Origin: Sminthopsis crassicaudata
Lineage: Eukaryota
Length of the DNA: 64,000 bases
NCBI RefSeq assembly: GCF_048593235.1
Contig: NC_133617.1
Span: 633,372,958 to 633,436,957 of the forward strand
Direction: 5' to 3'
Part shown: positions 25,195-38,109 of the stretch, one piece after another
How positions within the stretch are numbered: the first letter of the stretch is position 1
Layout: each line of letters opens with the position of its first letter
Program-made: the position numbers and the translations under genes
Notes under the pieces: generated by a model
What the model was told of the DNA's origin: nothing
Database searches by the model: none
Seen by the model: the letters and a program-made list of their open reading frames with translations, nothing else

Positions 25195-25830
25195 TGATAC
25201 AGTAGAAATAGTAAAGAATTTGGAATCAGTACAACTACATTGGAATCCTGGCTCTAAGTACTTGGTTTGTGTGACCTTGGTCAAATGATGTAACTTCTCT
25301 GGGTTTAAGTTCTCTCACTTATATTTTGAGGATCTTGGACTAGATGGTCTCCAAGGTACCTCTGAGCTTTCAATAGATGACCATGTGATACCATCACCCT
25401 AGTTCAAAGCAATAATAGAAGTGTTATCATAGTGTTACATGTGTAACTTTATCAAGTGTTACATGTGTACTTTACTAATTGATCCCCTCCTATAATCTGT
25501 CCTTCACTTCTACTTTTTACAGCTATTATAGTCATAGCTAAAGTACTGGATTTGGAGGCAGAAAGGTCTAGGATTAAATCATTCTTCTGCTCCTTATAAG
25601 GTGTATAACCACAGACAAGGTACTTAATTACTCTGATACTCAGTTAACTCATTTATAAAATGTAGATCACTTTTTTTGCCACAGGAGAATGGTGAAGGTC
25701 AAATGAAATAATTTAATGAAATAAATTAATATTAAATAAATTAATTATTATTAATTAAATAAGTTAATAATTTAATGAAATAATGCATAGGAAAGACTGG
25801 TGCATTACATAAATATAAATAATGATTATC
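25195..25830 (+). mobile_element. MIR3 (25195-25390) and MIR (25520-25830)
   Basis: MIR3 tail ggactagatggtctccaagg, and MIR head/tail. Confidence 0.75.
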
Positions 25831-27109
25831 TCTGCCTTTCCAAGTCATCCTCTCTTTCTTCCCCCCTCCCCTCTTGAGATTGATACTTGTTGCTCTATAG
25901 GGAGGTAGCAAGTGAAAAGGAGAACCTGTGATGGTAATATTAACAATATGTTTAGAGAAAATGTAAAATAATCTGTAATTAAGTAATTTGCTATGTACTG
26001 GATGCTGGAAGGACAAATTCAAAGGTGAGACAATGCCTGTCCTCAAGAAGTTTACATTCTAAAAGATGAAAACAATATAGATAGGGGAATAGTATCTCAG
26101 AAAAAGAGTTTTGGTCTGAGAAGTGATATGGATGGCCAATTGGCAATTAGTTGACAACTATTCAACCTATCAGCAGGAAAGATGGCAAGATAGTGCAGTA
26201 GATGGCTAGATTTGTTAAACATAGACTCACTAGTTATAAAGTGCTAGTTATAGTTATCCTCATTCCCTCACCATTAAGATAATTCAGTTATACCATTTGT
26301 GTCTTTCTTCATATTTTTATTAAGATAGTTTCATAGTCATGTGTGTATCTGATCCTAACAACTACTCTGAGTAAATCTCATTAGGATTCTACATTTCATC
26401 TACATTAAGAGTCAGGACTCTACATTTCATCTACAACATGTCATTTTTCAGGTCCCAGTCCAACACCCAGTTTGCTAAGATTCTAGAACATTCTTTGTGC
26501 TTTTCTCCAACAAGTCTTGTGCTTATCATATCTGAAAAACCACAATCTAAATATCATTTCCTCCCACTTTCTCCAGGCTGAAAAATAGTATCCTATCTAA
26601 CTGGTGAAATGAAAAGTATCCTGCTATTGTAATTAAAAGACTTTTATTTGAATTTGAGATCTATTATTTATGACATGTGCAAGTGAAGTTGAATAAGTAG
26701 CTTTAACTTGGTGGGACTTGATTTTGTCATTCATAAAATTTATGTGTGGGTGTGTTTTGTAGGGGGAGCTTCCCTATTTCTATGACCCTTTTATATCTTC
26801 ATTTCAAGCCATTACTGGCTGTATATCCATTGAATTTCACCAAATTATTATGAAGAAAACTTTTTTGAACTGTAGTATCATTTGATTCAATAGATGTGTT
26901 CCTGCAGAATTACATGTAAATGAAATATTTGCAAATCAAATTATATTTTCTTATTATTTTCAATAAAATATTAGTGATGTGCACATGCATATGTGTTTAT
27001 ATGTAAATGTATGTGTGTGTATCTTTGTCCACAAGGGACACAGGACCTTTTAAACATCACATATTCTGTAAAAAAAGGCTTTCAAATAAAGCATTAAAGG
27101 CAGTCTAAA

Positions 27110-27420
27110 TTAATAAGTCTAGAGTTAGAGTCAAGAAGACCATATCCTCCAATCCTAACTGATGCTTTCTATGTGACCTTGCTAAATCAATGCCTCTGAA
27201 CCTCAGTTTCTTTCTCTATAAACAAGGATAATAATAATGTACTTTACAAGATTATTATGAGAATCCAATCAAATACTGTGTGTAAAGTTCTTAGAAAAGC
27301 TAAAAGCATTACATAAATGTGAATTATCACTATAGTAAAGTACTGGATTTAGAATTATGTTCAGATCTTACCTCTAATCTGTAATGGTTATATGACCCCA
27401 AACAAGTCATTTCCTTGTTT
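27110..27420 (+). mobile_element. MIR plus a second MIR head
   Basis: gagtcaagaagacc..tgtgaccttg..ctgaacctcagtttc..gtaaag. Confidence 0.75.
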
Positions 27421-28129
27421 CAGTCATCTTTGTATGAGTTACCTATTCCTTGCTGCAATAGGATGCTGCAATACTGCTTGCAGGGTTTGTTTCACCCTGC
27501 CAGAAAAGTCAGATATGTATTCTGGAAGATTTATAATTCTGTCTACACTGGTTCACAGGATATACTTGTAGCATCTATAATCATGAAAAAGCACCTATAT
27601 TTGTTATGAACTTGACTATATTTTATAATTTTATTCATTTGTTGTATTTAATGTACAGTTGTTCCACATCTTAAACTTTCTTTGCTTTGGTGCTTTAAAA
27701 TTTTAAGCATTGCAGTTCATTGTAGAAGAGCTAGAAATCCAGTAACATGATTTTTAAATAACCTTTTTTTTGTTTTTGATGTTAAACAGGAAATGCCAGT
27801 AATGACCAGGGATACAATGATTACCCACAATACACTGGAGGGATTTTAGTTTGAAGATTTAGATTTCATTCCTTGTGTTTAAAGGAGACATTTGAAAAAT
27901 AAATATTTTTGTACAAAAAGAATCAAGTCCTAAATGGAGGTATGATCTGCATCAATGGAGGAGCCATCACACTTGGAATTTCCTACAATGACCCAATCAA
28001 AATTACTTATACTATTGAACACTTAAAAATTGGATCAGTCATTCGCTACATGCACATTATGATTTCCAATGACTTATCCTTGAATAAATGATTGGTGCTT
28101 TCCAAGTATCGATTCTGATAAAGATGCTT

Positions 28130-28425
28130 AATGATAATCTTTTCACTGTATATATCCCTGGGTATAACACTAATTACTCTTCAAAATCCAAGTACAAGTT
28201 CAAGATGGAGATTTTATAAGGATTTGAAAACATTTCAAAATGTGACAAAACTGCTTTCTAATCAGTGGAGAATGTTACTCATCTTCTGGAGGTTTTTCCA
28301 TCATGATCTCAATTTTTCATTTCATAGATCTTCTGTGGGGCTTCAACAATTCAACGATATCAACTTTTATAGCATTTTTATAGGCCAAGTCATAGAGCAA
28401 TGTAGTATTTTCCTCTCTTAAATTC
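28130..28425 (-). mobile_element. Probable C-terminal part of the same Tigger transposase
   Basis: Minus frames give KVDIVELLKPH (cf. EDDIEELLESH) and RDIYSEK (cf. REIYDEK). Same strand and correct order relative to 29840-30450. Confidence 0.55.
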
Positions 28426-28439
28426 AAGTTTTATTTATC

Positions 28440-29805
28440 TCTTTCTTACTCAATAAGATCCATGGACTTCCCATTGTCTCTGGAATAGTCAATTCCTGTT
28501 TGGCTTTTAAAGTTCTTCACAACTTGGCCTCAACTTCCTGCCTCCAAATCTAGTATGCTAGTTATCACTTTAGTAGGTATAAAAAGTGGAAGAGAAAGAG
28601 ATTATAGGAAGGGGTAAAGTATATGTATACCCCCATCTTGTGATATCTCTTCTATTATTGCCTTGAATAAGAATGATAATACCACAGTGTCATATGTTCA
28701 GAGTTCAAAGGGACCTTAGAGATCATCCAGTCCAAGACCATTACTTTCCAACTCAGGGAGACTTTCCCTGCTCTCTTCCCCATCGCAGAATCTCTTATTT
28801 CTTTCAACACTTGATGCAAGCACTGCTTACTCCATGAAACCTTTCCTGAGCCCACCTTTAAATGCTTAAATATGTATGATTAAGTCTTTTGGTATATTTA
28901 GAATACATCCATAGAATTAGAGGATCTAGCTTGAGATCTGGAAGAAGACCCTGGAGGCCACTGAGTCCATGCCTTTCATTTTACAGATGAGGAAACTAAA
29001 GCCCAGTGAAGTTGCTGATTTACCACAGATTATATTGGTGGTAAGCAACAGATAAGGGATTTGCACCCAGGCCATCTGTTCCCATTTTGATCATTTCCCC
29101 CCATCCTTTATTATTTCCCCCAACAGAATGTAAGGTCCTTGAGAGCAGAAACTGTTTCATTTTGTCTTTGTATTTCTGGTGTCAAAAACAGGATCTGAAA
29201 AACGTGTTCCCCCTTCTCCCTGCACCTTCTACCTCCCCCCCCACTATCAACAACACCACAAAGAGAACTAGCCTTGGAATGAGAAATTCTGGTTTTCTCA
29301 TAGTCCTTATCTATGAGATGAACTAGCTGTGTAGCCCTGGACAAATTAATCTTACCTATCTCTCACAGCATGAGAAACATACTTTGTAAGCTTTAAAGTG
29401 TTATATAACAGTGAGTTTATTATTTGCTTTGTTCAATTTCTAGTAAAGTATATCATCTAGAAAGCAGTCATTTGCTGTAACCATTCCTGTCCTATTTCCC
29501 TTTCTCCTGGATACCTAAGAAGAACTGAGTTCCATGACTTAGCAGCTGTCCAGAGTAGCATGATATTCTTGACTTATCATACCTCTTTTAATTGAAGATT
29601 TTTTATTGTTATTCAGTTGTTTTCAGTCATATCTAACTCTTCATGATCCCATTTGGTGTTTTCTTGGCAAAGCTACCAAAGTGATTTGCCATTTCCTTCT
29701 CCAGCTCATTTTACAGATAAGTATCTAAGGTTAGATTTGAATTTAGGGAGATAAGCTTTTTTGACACCAGGCAGATGCTTTATTCATTGTACTGTCTAGC
29801 TGCCA
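28440..29805. mobile_element. Cluster of L2, MIR3, MIR and MAR1 fragments inside the Tigger relic
   Basis: MIR3(-) at 28680-28750 and 28910-29090, L2(+) at 28760-28870 and 29100-29200, MIR(+) at 29260-29420, MAR1(-) at 29605-29805. Confidence 0.7.
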
Positions 29806-29839
29806 ACTGCAGGTTTATCTCTTCCATTATTATTATTTT

Positions 29840-30450
29840 TTTTAACCAACTGGCTTAGGGAATTACTTGGAAAATAGGTAATGCCTTATAATCAATAGCC
29901 CCAAACTGTTTACCAGCAGCACCAATAATGTGAGTGAATCTTGCCAATTCATACTTTCCTCTTGATCACCACCAGTTCACTAGTAGATTCCATCATGGGG
30001 CAACCCTTTACAGAGCTGGGTTTTCAGAATAATTTAGGAGAAAAGCTTCAATTTAAAATAATTTTTAATGGTGGCTCCAATAAGACACACAAAGAAGTAT
30101 TTGACTACAATGAATCTTGGTGCAATCATGCTTTCTGCAGAAATAAATGTCTTCTGGGGCCAATCTTTCCAATGATCATCAACTGGCAAAATTTGATGAT
30201 GTGCTTATCAACCTTCTTCAACATTGTTTTCATCATTTCAGGATAGTTACAAAATATATCTCTATCTGAATGACAGTTTCCCCAATTGTCTTATTATTAT
30301 GCAAACTATGGTTCTCTTAAAATTTTGCAAACCATACTTTACTGGCACTAAAAGTTTCCATTACAGAACTTTAGCTACATTCTGTAAAAGACATGCTAGT
30401 TTTGAAAATTAGAAAATTTCACCTTCTTCATACTTGAAATTCCCAAATAT
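29840..30450 (-). mobile_element. Tigger/pogo (Tc1-mariner) transposase relic, HTH-to-DDE part
   Basis: Minus-strand frames give ETFSASKVWF, WKDWPQKTFISAESMIAPRF and YSENPAL, matching the pogo pattern F.ASKGWF...WKKMP.RTFI..E...APGF...SENPRALK. Many stops. Confidence 0.75.
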
Positions 30451-31289
30451 TTTGCTCTCTCTTAAATAATATTGGTATCTAATGTATTATTATGGAGGTT
30501 CTGGTCCTGTACCTCTAGGGACATAAGTCCATCAACACACAGGTAAACATAAGGGAAAAACTCCTTGAGAAGTTTATTTTTTTCCTAAATCTTTATTTAT
30601 AAATTTATGTCATTGGGGTGCTATAAAAGCACCCCACTCCCTTTCAATAACTAAAATTGTTCTCCTCTTTTCATTCACATTCCCCTTTTCTCTTTTTTTA
30701 CATGAAAGCAAATAACTTTATAATCTTTTATTTTATTTAATATTAACATTTGCATTTGTATTGCTTTTACTTTCTGACTTTTGAGGGGAAAAGATTATGT
30801 TTGAAATCATATTTAAATTTTGGCTGTGTGACTATAGATAAATTATTGAACCTTTTTGGGCCAGTTTTTCATTTATAAAACCAGAAGATTGTCATATACA
30901 ATCTCTATATTCTCTCCAGATCTAAATTCATGATAATTTATCTTTTCTTCCTCTGGTATGTCCTCAATGTTAAATGCTATATCCTGAAAATAACTAGAAA
31001 ACACCATGTAAATAGAGCCAAAAAGATTAATAAATAAACATAGTCTAAGCCTAGTCTGTTATAAAGGATTTACTTAACAGAGTTTTGTTTTGTTTTTTGA
31101 AAATGAATAAAAGAAAATGAATTTGTGCATTGCAAATATATATTAAATGAGGGAAATCTGATAGTTAATCTAGAGAGAATTCTGCTACATTCTTTCATTA
31201 CTGATGTCATATTACAATCCTGTTGAGTATTTTTATAGAAGCAATTATTTTTCCAGTATAGAATGAACTAAAGATACTAAGCTAAGACA

Positions 31290-31540
31290 TACTACTAATA
31301 CAGCATTAGACCTGGGGAAGAAAGACCTGAGTTCAACTACAATTCATATACTTGCTACCTGGGTGACTGTGGGCATGTCATTTAACTGCTGTCTGCCTCA
31401 GTTTCCTCATCTGTAAAATAGGATAGTAATACCTTGAATGCCCACCTTACAACAAAGCTATAGAGTTCCAATGAGATGATGCATCTGAATTGCTTTGCAA
31501 ACAAAAATGCACAATATAATTGACATTTATTATTACTATC
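31290..31540 (+). mobile_element. Near-complete MIR
   Basis: ggaagaaagacctgagttcaa..ctgcctcagtttcctcatctgtaaaatagg..aatgagatgatg. Confidence 0.88.
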
Positions 31541-32314
31541 TATTTCTTGATGATAGGGCCTCATAGAACAACTTGCTTAATGTACTTTTTTGGCATTTGA
31601 ATAAACAGATGGAGAACTGTCAAGTTTGAAAACACACCCACGCATGTCTTTCACCTAAGTAATGCCATCAATTCAGCAAGTCTTTAGAAGGAAAATAATT
31701 TTCCTGTTGGATGGGGGGGGGGTCCTTTCTCATTCTCAATCCATACATGAAATATTCAGACACTATATCACCTATTTCTTAAACCCAGCTAGGCAAAAGA
31801 TGACTTGGAAGTCATAGCATTATGGATGGTGACAAACAGTAATGAAAATGCATCCAGCCTAATTTGCTGATTTGTATTTTCCTAGAGAACATGGCTTAAT
31901 AGAACTTCCTTTTAAAATGCAAAGACCATGCTTTATGTTGTTCTATTAGGAAACACACAAGCAGCCTGTGACCTGCTTCAAGGGGAACATTGCTTCTGAG
32001 TTCTAAATCAAGTTTAATGAATTTAAGGTGACTGAAAGAGATGGGTGAACAAAGCTGTTGGCAGCAGTCCAGTCCTAGTAGGACAAATGTTTTCCTTGAC
32101 TTTGTTTCTTTATGAGAAAAAAACAGTCTGCTGCCAAATTATCTCAGGAATCATGAAAAACACATATATGCCCATCTGTAGCAACATGTTCAATGCAAAA
32201 TACAATAGATTTTAAGGAGAAGGTTTTTCTTGGTAAGCAATTTTTTAAAGCACAAAAATAAAAAAAAATAGATGTTTAATGTCATTTCACCTTTATTCCC
32301 TAATTTTTTTTTAC

Positions 32315-32456
32315 CTGAATACATGTCATGGACAGATCCTGGAGATCTTCCCATGGTACCATCTGCAACATCTTGTGGGGAAGTGGTAGGTTGGAGAGGC
32401 TGAATGGTGAGACAATTATTGAAGATATCTTGATCGAGCTCCATGCTTGACCGCAA
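32315..32456 (-). CDS. Candidate 142-nt internal exon of an unidentified host gene; frame 0 reads LRSSMELDQDIFNNCLTIQPLQPTTSPQDVADGTMGRSPGSVHDMYS(G), and a second frame is also open
   Basis: On the minus strand a long polypyrimidine tract (ttttccatcttttttttttctttcccctttcttAG) precedes the exon, and a CAG|GTAAAA donor follows it. GC content is higher than the flanks, two CpGs are retained, the flanks are repeat-free, and two of three frames are stop-free. Protein not recognised. Confidence 0.65.
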
Positions 32457-34174
32457 CTAAGAAAAGGGGAAAGAAAAAAAAAAGATGGAAAAGGAACACT
32501 TCCTGGGAATATTTTTCTGAAAAGGCTTAATGACCAAGAAAGTACCAATTAGCCCAACCAGGGAGCTGACACTTGGAAAATGGGGAAGAAATCACTTATG
32601 GTGAAAAATCAAACTGATTAGCCTTTGGTATCCAGAATCTAGTTTCTTATATTTCTTTGTTCTTTTTTGTAATATATATTACTCATAGTAGTAGTAATAT
32701 AATCAGTGACACATTTAGTTGAGTTATCAAGTTGGTATATAAGATGTTATAAAAGTAATAGAAAGAGATCCAGGAAAATTTATTTGTGAAAATTTTAATA
32801 CTAAGAAATGCCATGGTACCAAGGACAGAGCTCTAATTTTAGAATCAGAGGCCTTGAGTTCATATCCAGCCTCTGATGTTTATATCCTCTGTGACCATCT
32901 ACCATTTTAAATACTGAGATTATTACACTTTAAAGAATTTCTTTGTAAGTCGTGAGCTGCATAGTGACCAAAAAAATCCCTCCAACTATTCAGAAATCTA
33001 CCATGATTTGGGTTACATCTTTCTAAACTTCCTTAAGCTGGTCCTCTAATAATGGACTGATACTGAGAGCTATTCCATCTGGTTAGACCTCTGGGACTTA
33101 ACGTTCTGTTGGCATAGCTTTTAAGAACTCAGAGTTACATGTAAGCAGGAATGAAACATCTACCTTAGTAGTAGAGATCTCAGATTATATAAGCTTACAG
33201 AAGGGAAGAGGAAAGAAAGCAGATGTTAAGTAAAAGTAACACTGTGAATTATTATTGGCTGATTTGTGTGCTTTTTAATCAGTAGTAAGTTACTGTTTTG
33301 AGAGAAGTATTTTTCCAACTTCATAAAGTCTAGTGATTTATAAACATATGTCCTATGTTCAGTCTAGAAAAGCAGAAATGGTATGGTGACCTTGACTGAG
33401 AGGGGAGATCATTTAGCACATGTAGCATGAACAAAATAATTCTCTTTTTGCCAAACCATTTGTACAGCCTTAGCACATGCTAGTCCATATTTGCATTTCT
33501 GACCAAATACTTCCAGAGTGAATGCTTAATACTCTCGTGGCCTTTCTAAGGTATGTTTGTTATTTGGGTGCTAACCTAAAAACACATGCTGCTTAACTAA
33601 AACTGAAAGAAGGGGGAAAAATCAAGGCTTAGCATGAATTCTGGTAATCATGTCTAATTTATCTTTTGTACTTAAAACATGTTCTGAGGCTCATATGTTT
33701 TACCCAGAGTAGTCATCAACCCCCTATCTGCTTTCTATTACCCTCCCATTCTCATGGTTTTAACTGGTATCAGTAGTAATAAAGGCTTTTCATGAAATTA
33801 GGATCACATGTATGGAGTCAAATGCCTGAAAATTTTCCTTAGTATTGGCCTTACAATATAGTTAAGTTTTCATAAAGTGACTTCTATTAACTGCAAAGGG
33901 AGAATTAGATTGCTTACCCACAGGATTTAGAAGCCTAAATAGCTTACTGCTAGAGCTGTTTGCCTATCCATAGTGGGGATAATAATTGGGGAAATCATGG
34001 GAGATTTTTCTCAAAGGGTCAGATGGATAAGGGCAATGACATTTTGATACAACAGCCTATGTAAAACCATGACAACTCTACCAGACTTGTACTCCCTTCT
34101 TTCTACCACATGATTCCTCACTTGCTCTTTTTATACCTTATTATCACTTTTTTTTCCTCTTTTCTTTCTTGTCC

Positions 34175-34422
34175 TTATTGTTATTATTCAGTAATTTCAT
34201 TAAAGTCCAATTCTTTGTAACTCTATTTGGGATTTTCTTAGCAAAGATACTGGAGTGGTTTCAAATTTCTTTCTCAGGCTCATTTTATGGATGAGGAAAC
34301 AGGGGTAAACAGTTACTTGTTCAGGGTCACACAAGTGGTAGTTGTCTGAGGCTGGCTTTGAACTTGGATCTTCCTGACTCCAGGCTTGGCACTTTATTCA
34401 CTGTGCCATCTAGATACCCATC
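34175..34422 (-). mobile_element. MAR1-type SINE
   Basis: ttcttagcaaagatactggagtggtt..gatgaggaaac..tttgaacttggatcttcctgactccagg..cactgtgccatctag. Confidence 0.88.
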
Positions 34423-35592
34423 TTTCATGTCCAGTTCTCAGTAATAAGCCACCATAAGTGTTATTGTGATTCATTAAAAATTTTACTTTAATTTTTTCAA
34501 TGAACAAAATTTTATTTCATTTTTATCTTTTCCTGACCATTGAGAAAAAAAATTAAAATTATAATATCCATATAAACCAAAATATTTCTCATTTAGTCAT
34601 AATTTATATATTTAGAAATATAATATATTTCTTTAGGTAATTTTTTAAAGTCTCTTTCTTCTAGAGAGATTAAATAAATTAATGGATGCGGAAAATCAGA
34701 GACTAACCTCCATATGATTCTGTTCAACTTTAAAGTAGGGATTATTATATTCTGGAAATGTAGATTATTAGAAACACATTCTACTAGCATCCCTTATGAG
34801 GTACACATTCTTGAAAAATTTGGAATCCACGAGGAAGTAGGAGGTTTTCTTTTAGGAGAAAATAGGAACTTTTTTGGAGGATAAGTAAAAAAAAATTAAA
34901 TACTTCCTTTACCTAATATTCTTTACAAACCTAGCAAGTATGCCAATTTAGAAACACTAAAATGCACTATGTTGAATTCATTTGCAGACTGAAGTATCAT
35001 GCTCAATATTTAAAAATGTGAATGTCTGGTGAAAAAAAATAAGGTAGAAAACTTCTGTTTTCCATTTTTTCCACCAAAAAATTCCCTTAGAGATCATGAA
35101 AAATGTTTTGTGGGCTTTTTCCAACCCCCCTCCCCTCCATTCTCTCCACACTTCTAACTCTTTTATATATACAACTGAGAATTGTGGTTGTAGTCAATTA
35201 CTCAGGTCTAAAGATGGAGAGGCCAAAAAAGATGCCTTAATTTTCTTGAAATATAGTAATAATCCTATGTAATTATCTACTCAAATATGGGTTTATGACC
35301 ACAATACCTTTGAAGGAAATAAACCAGTGCTAAGGAATGTTAGAGAATATCAGTAGTAAAACTGTCCACTTCCAAGTTAAGCTATAACTGCTTTTAATCT
35401 AGTTTTACAATTGTCATGTAATATAGAAAGAGCATTTTTCCAATATGGATATGATAGTTCCAAGCATAAATAATTACAGCTAGAAAAAATAAAGCTTGCA
35501 ACCTAATATCTTTTGAAATGTGTATACAGGATATATGTAAAATACTTGTATGACAATGACATCCAGATTTCAACCACCTGATTCTTATTGCA

Positions 35593-35737
35593 NNNNNNNN
35601 NNNNNNNNNNNNNNNNNNNNNNNNNNNNNNNNNNNNNNNNNNNNNNNNNNNNNNNNNNNNNNNNNNNNNNNNNNNNNNNNNNNNNNNNNNNNNNNNNNNN
35701 NNNNNNNNNNNNNNNNNNNNNNNNNNNNNNNNNNNNN
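35593..35737. other. Assembly gap
   Basis: Direct observation. Confidence 0.99.
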
Positions 35738-36846
35738 TCAAATTACACACTCAAGGCATTAATTTTTATTCTCAGGGTGCCTCCTTATAACACAACAGCA
35801 GATATAGCCATTCATTGATGATTATTATACCCTCTCATGGTCATGAAAATTAACATGTTTATTATCTTGTCCTTTTTGATAGAGATGAGAAGTGGAATGG
35901 TTATTTACCACCAGTACTATCACACTCATGCGTGTACTATATAAGTGATACTTATCACTACCACCACCCACCATCATCATAATCATCTTAAGTCATAAAC
36001 TCAAACTTTTTCTTTTCCTTTGTTAATCAACTTGTGAAAAAAAAATAGTGTACACCACTGTCTCTACTCTACATTCGACCTTTAACCTCCAGAAGACTCT
36101 TCAAACTCTTGAATCCTGGATTCTTATTTACCATCTTGCTGAAAGTGCTATCTCAAAGTTTGGCAGTTATTTTTTTTTCAAATCTAGTGGCTTTTTGTTT
36201 AAAATAAAGGAATGATAGACTCTTGGCAAGGGTTGAATGGAGTGAACTTAAGAAGGGCCAGTAAAAACATTGTCATCTGGAGACTTGCAGATTGATTCAA
36301 GAACTCTGAAAACTGAAAACAGGGAAGAGAGAAAACTTCACATAATTCTTATATCTGGCACTCCAGAGAGCAGGAGATACTAAACAGAAGGAAGGGTAAC
36401 TGAATAGAGAAGTGATTTTCAAATGTTCTTGATTGCCATCTGCATCAAAAAAAAATTAAACATATACTTCATTTATATATATATTTAATTATATGTGAAT
36501 TATACATCAAAAGTACTATATTATTAATTATATATCCTATAAAACTTATATTAAAAAGAGATAAAGTAAGAATGAAATAAAGATGAGATGACATGAGATT
36601 TATTGCCATCAGGTGTAGTATCTATCACAGTCACTAGATTATCTGAGAGGCAGGGAGTAGGCATGATTGTGTGAGGGTGGTGGGGAGGTAGAATTTTACC
36701 AGTGGCACTTTCACAGCTGCTGCTGTGGGTACTGAGGAAGTAATGGGATTACTATCCTTAGGCACCAACAAATGGTTAAGAAGAAGTGAAGATGAAAGTT
36801 TACATAACCAAAGGAGTTTATGCAGTGGAGGGTATGCTCTATTGCC

Positions 36847-36970
36847 ATAGAACACCGGCCCTGAAGTCAGGATGACCTGAGTTCAAATGTGATTTCAGAC
36901 ATTTAGCACTTCCTAGCTATGTGACTTAGGCAAGTCACTTAACCCCAATTGCCTCAGGAAAAAAAAAAAT
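36847..36970 (+). mobile_element. WSINE1-type SINE inside the L3 relic
   Basis: ccggccctgaagtcaggatgacctgagttcaaat..gcaagtcacttaaccccaattgcctc plus A tail. Confidence 0.88.
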
Positions 36971-38109
36971 GAAAGGAGAGAGTTTATGACTGGAATTGGG
37001 CTCAATTCAATTGAGTACTTTTGCTCACTCAAAAAGGGGAGGAGAGGGACTAAAAAAGGGTGTAGGTGAAGTAGTATATATTTAATAATAGATACTTTTA
37101 TGAGGAAAACCAGAAAACTGAGAATAGACATAGTGGAACATATTTGGATGAAAATCAATGGAAGTTAAGACAAATTAGAATTGTATGCTTCATATAATTT
37201 CTAAAGAGAGAGGAATTAGAAATTTGGGGAAGAGATCATAAATGTGAGCTCTAAGGGATTTTTACCATGTGCACATTTGTGATCTGTTTTCCAAATGTCT
37301 AATTCTTCCCTCTATATAAAATGTATGAAGCATACACCTCTAACAATATCATTTTTGTTTCAATTTCTATTGATCCTCATGATAATTGATGTATTGAATT
37401 ACATGATCCCTATGAGGTACATACCTGATTAGATTTTGAAGCTCGAGACTTTAAGTATTTGTGATTTGAGAGCATTTTTTTAAAAAAGAAAAGCAAGAAA
37501 TTAATGTATGATTTGTGATTTTTAAATGATCATTCCATGTTTTAAAAGGTAGAGGAATGATAAGGGTAGTATCTGACTAAAAAAGGAAGAATTGGTTGCT
37601 AAAGAAGAAACAATAGGAACTATAGGAGCTGGTAGATATTTCATCACTGTGTTATTGATAAAGAAGAAGAAAGCTAGACACCCTAGATATGAGAGCAGAG
37701 TTTTAAATGTTCAGAGAAACAATAGATAGGATTATAAAACTCTAACATTTTCCAAGGGAAGTCAGTCCAAGAGTGATGGAAAATTCTTAATATCCCAAAA
37801 GGACAAATTTGTTGATGGGCAGAAAAGGTCAGAGATGCCTCAAGACATCTATGTAAATGGAAGGGGACATCATGGCAGTTAGATTTTTAAAAACATACCT
37901 GGAATATGGAAGCCAGAGCAAATAACTGAAGCTGAATACAAAAGACTTTTTCATATATTAGTATTAAGAGCCCTAAAGCCCAGAAGGATCTGAGATTTTC
38001 AAAGAATGCTAAAAATAACAAAAAAAAAAGTATTATTGTTTCTCAGTTATGGTGAAGACAAAAGAAAGATTTAAAACATGTTTGGTATGGCCAAACTAAT
38101 GCTAACATA

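Noticed and set aside
25700-26440. Short direct repeats with spacers as a possible CRISPR-like array
   Set aside because: Only two units each, in a mammalian repeat context, with no cas genes.
27909-28421. Two same-frame plus-strand ORFs (60 and 96 aa) that looked like one decayed gene
   Set aside because: No recognisable family; the minus strand of 28130-28425 fits a Tigger C-terminus better.
29941-30246. Plus-strand 101-aa ORF containing DYNESWCNHAF, reminiscent of bornavirus L motif A (DYSSWCN), suggesting an endogenous viral element
   Set aside because: No other RdRp motifs follow, and the opposite strand is explained by colinear Tigger transposase motifs.
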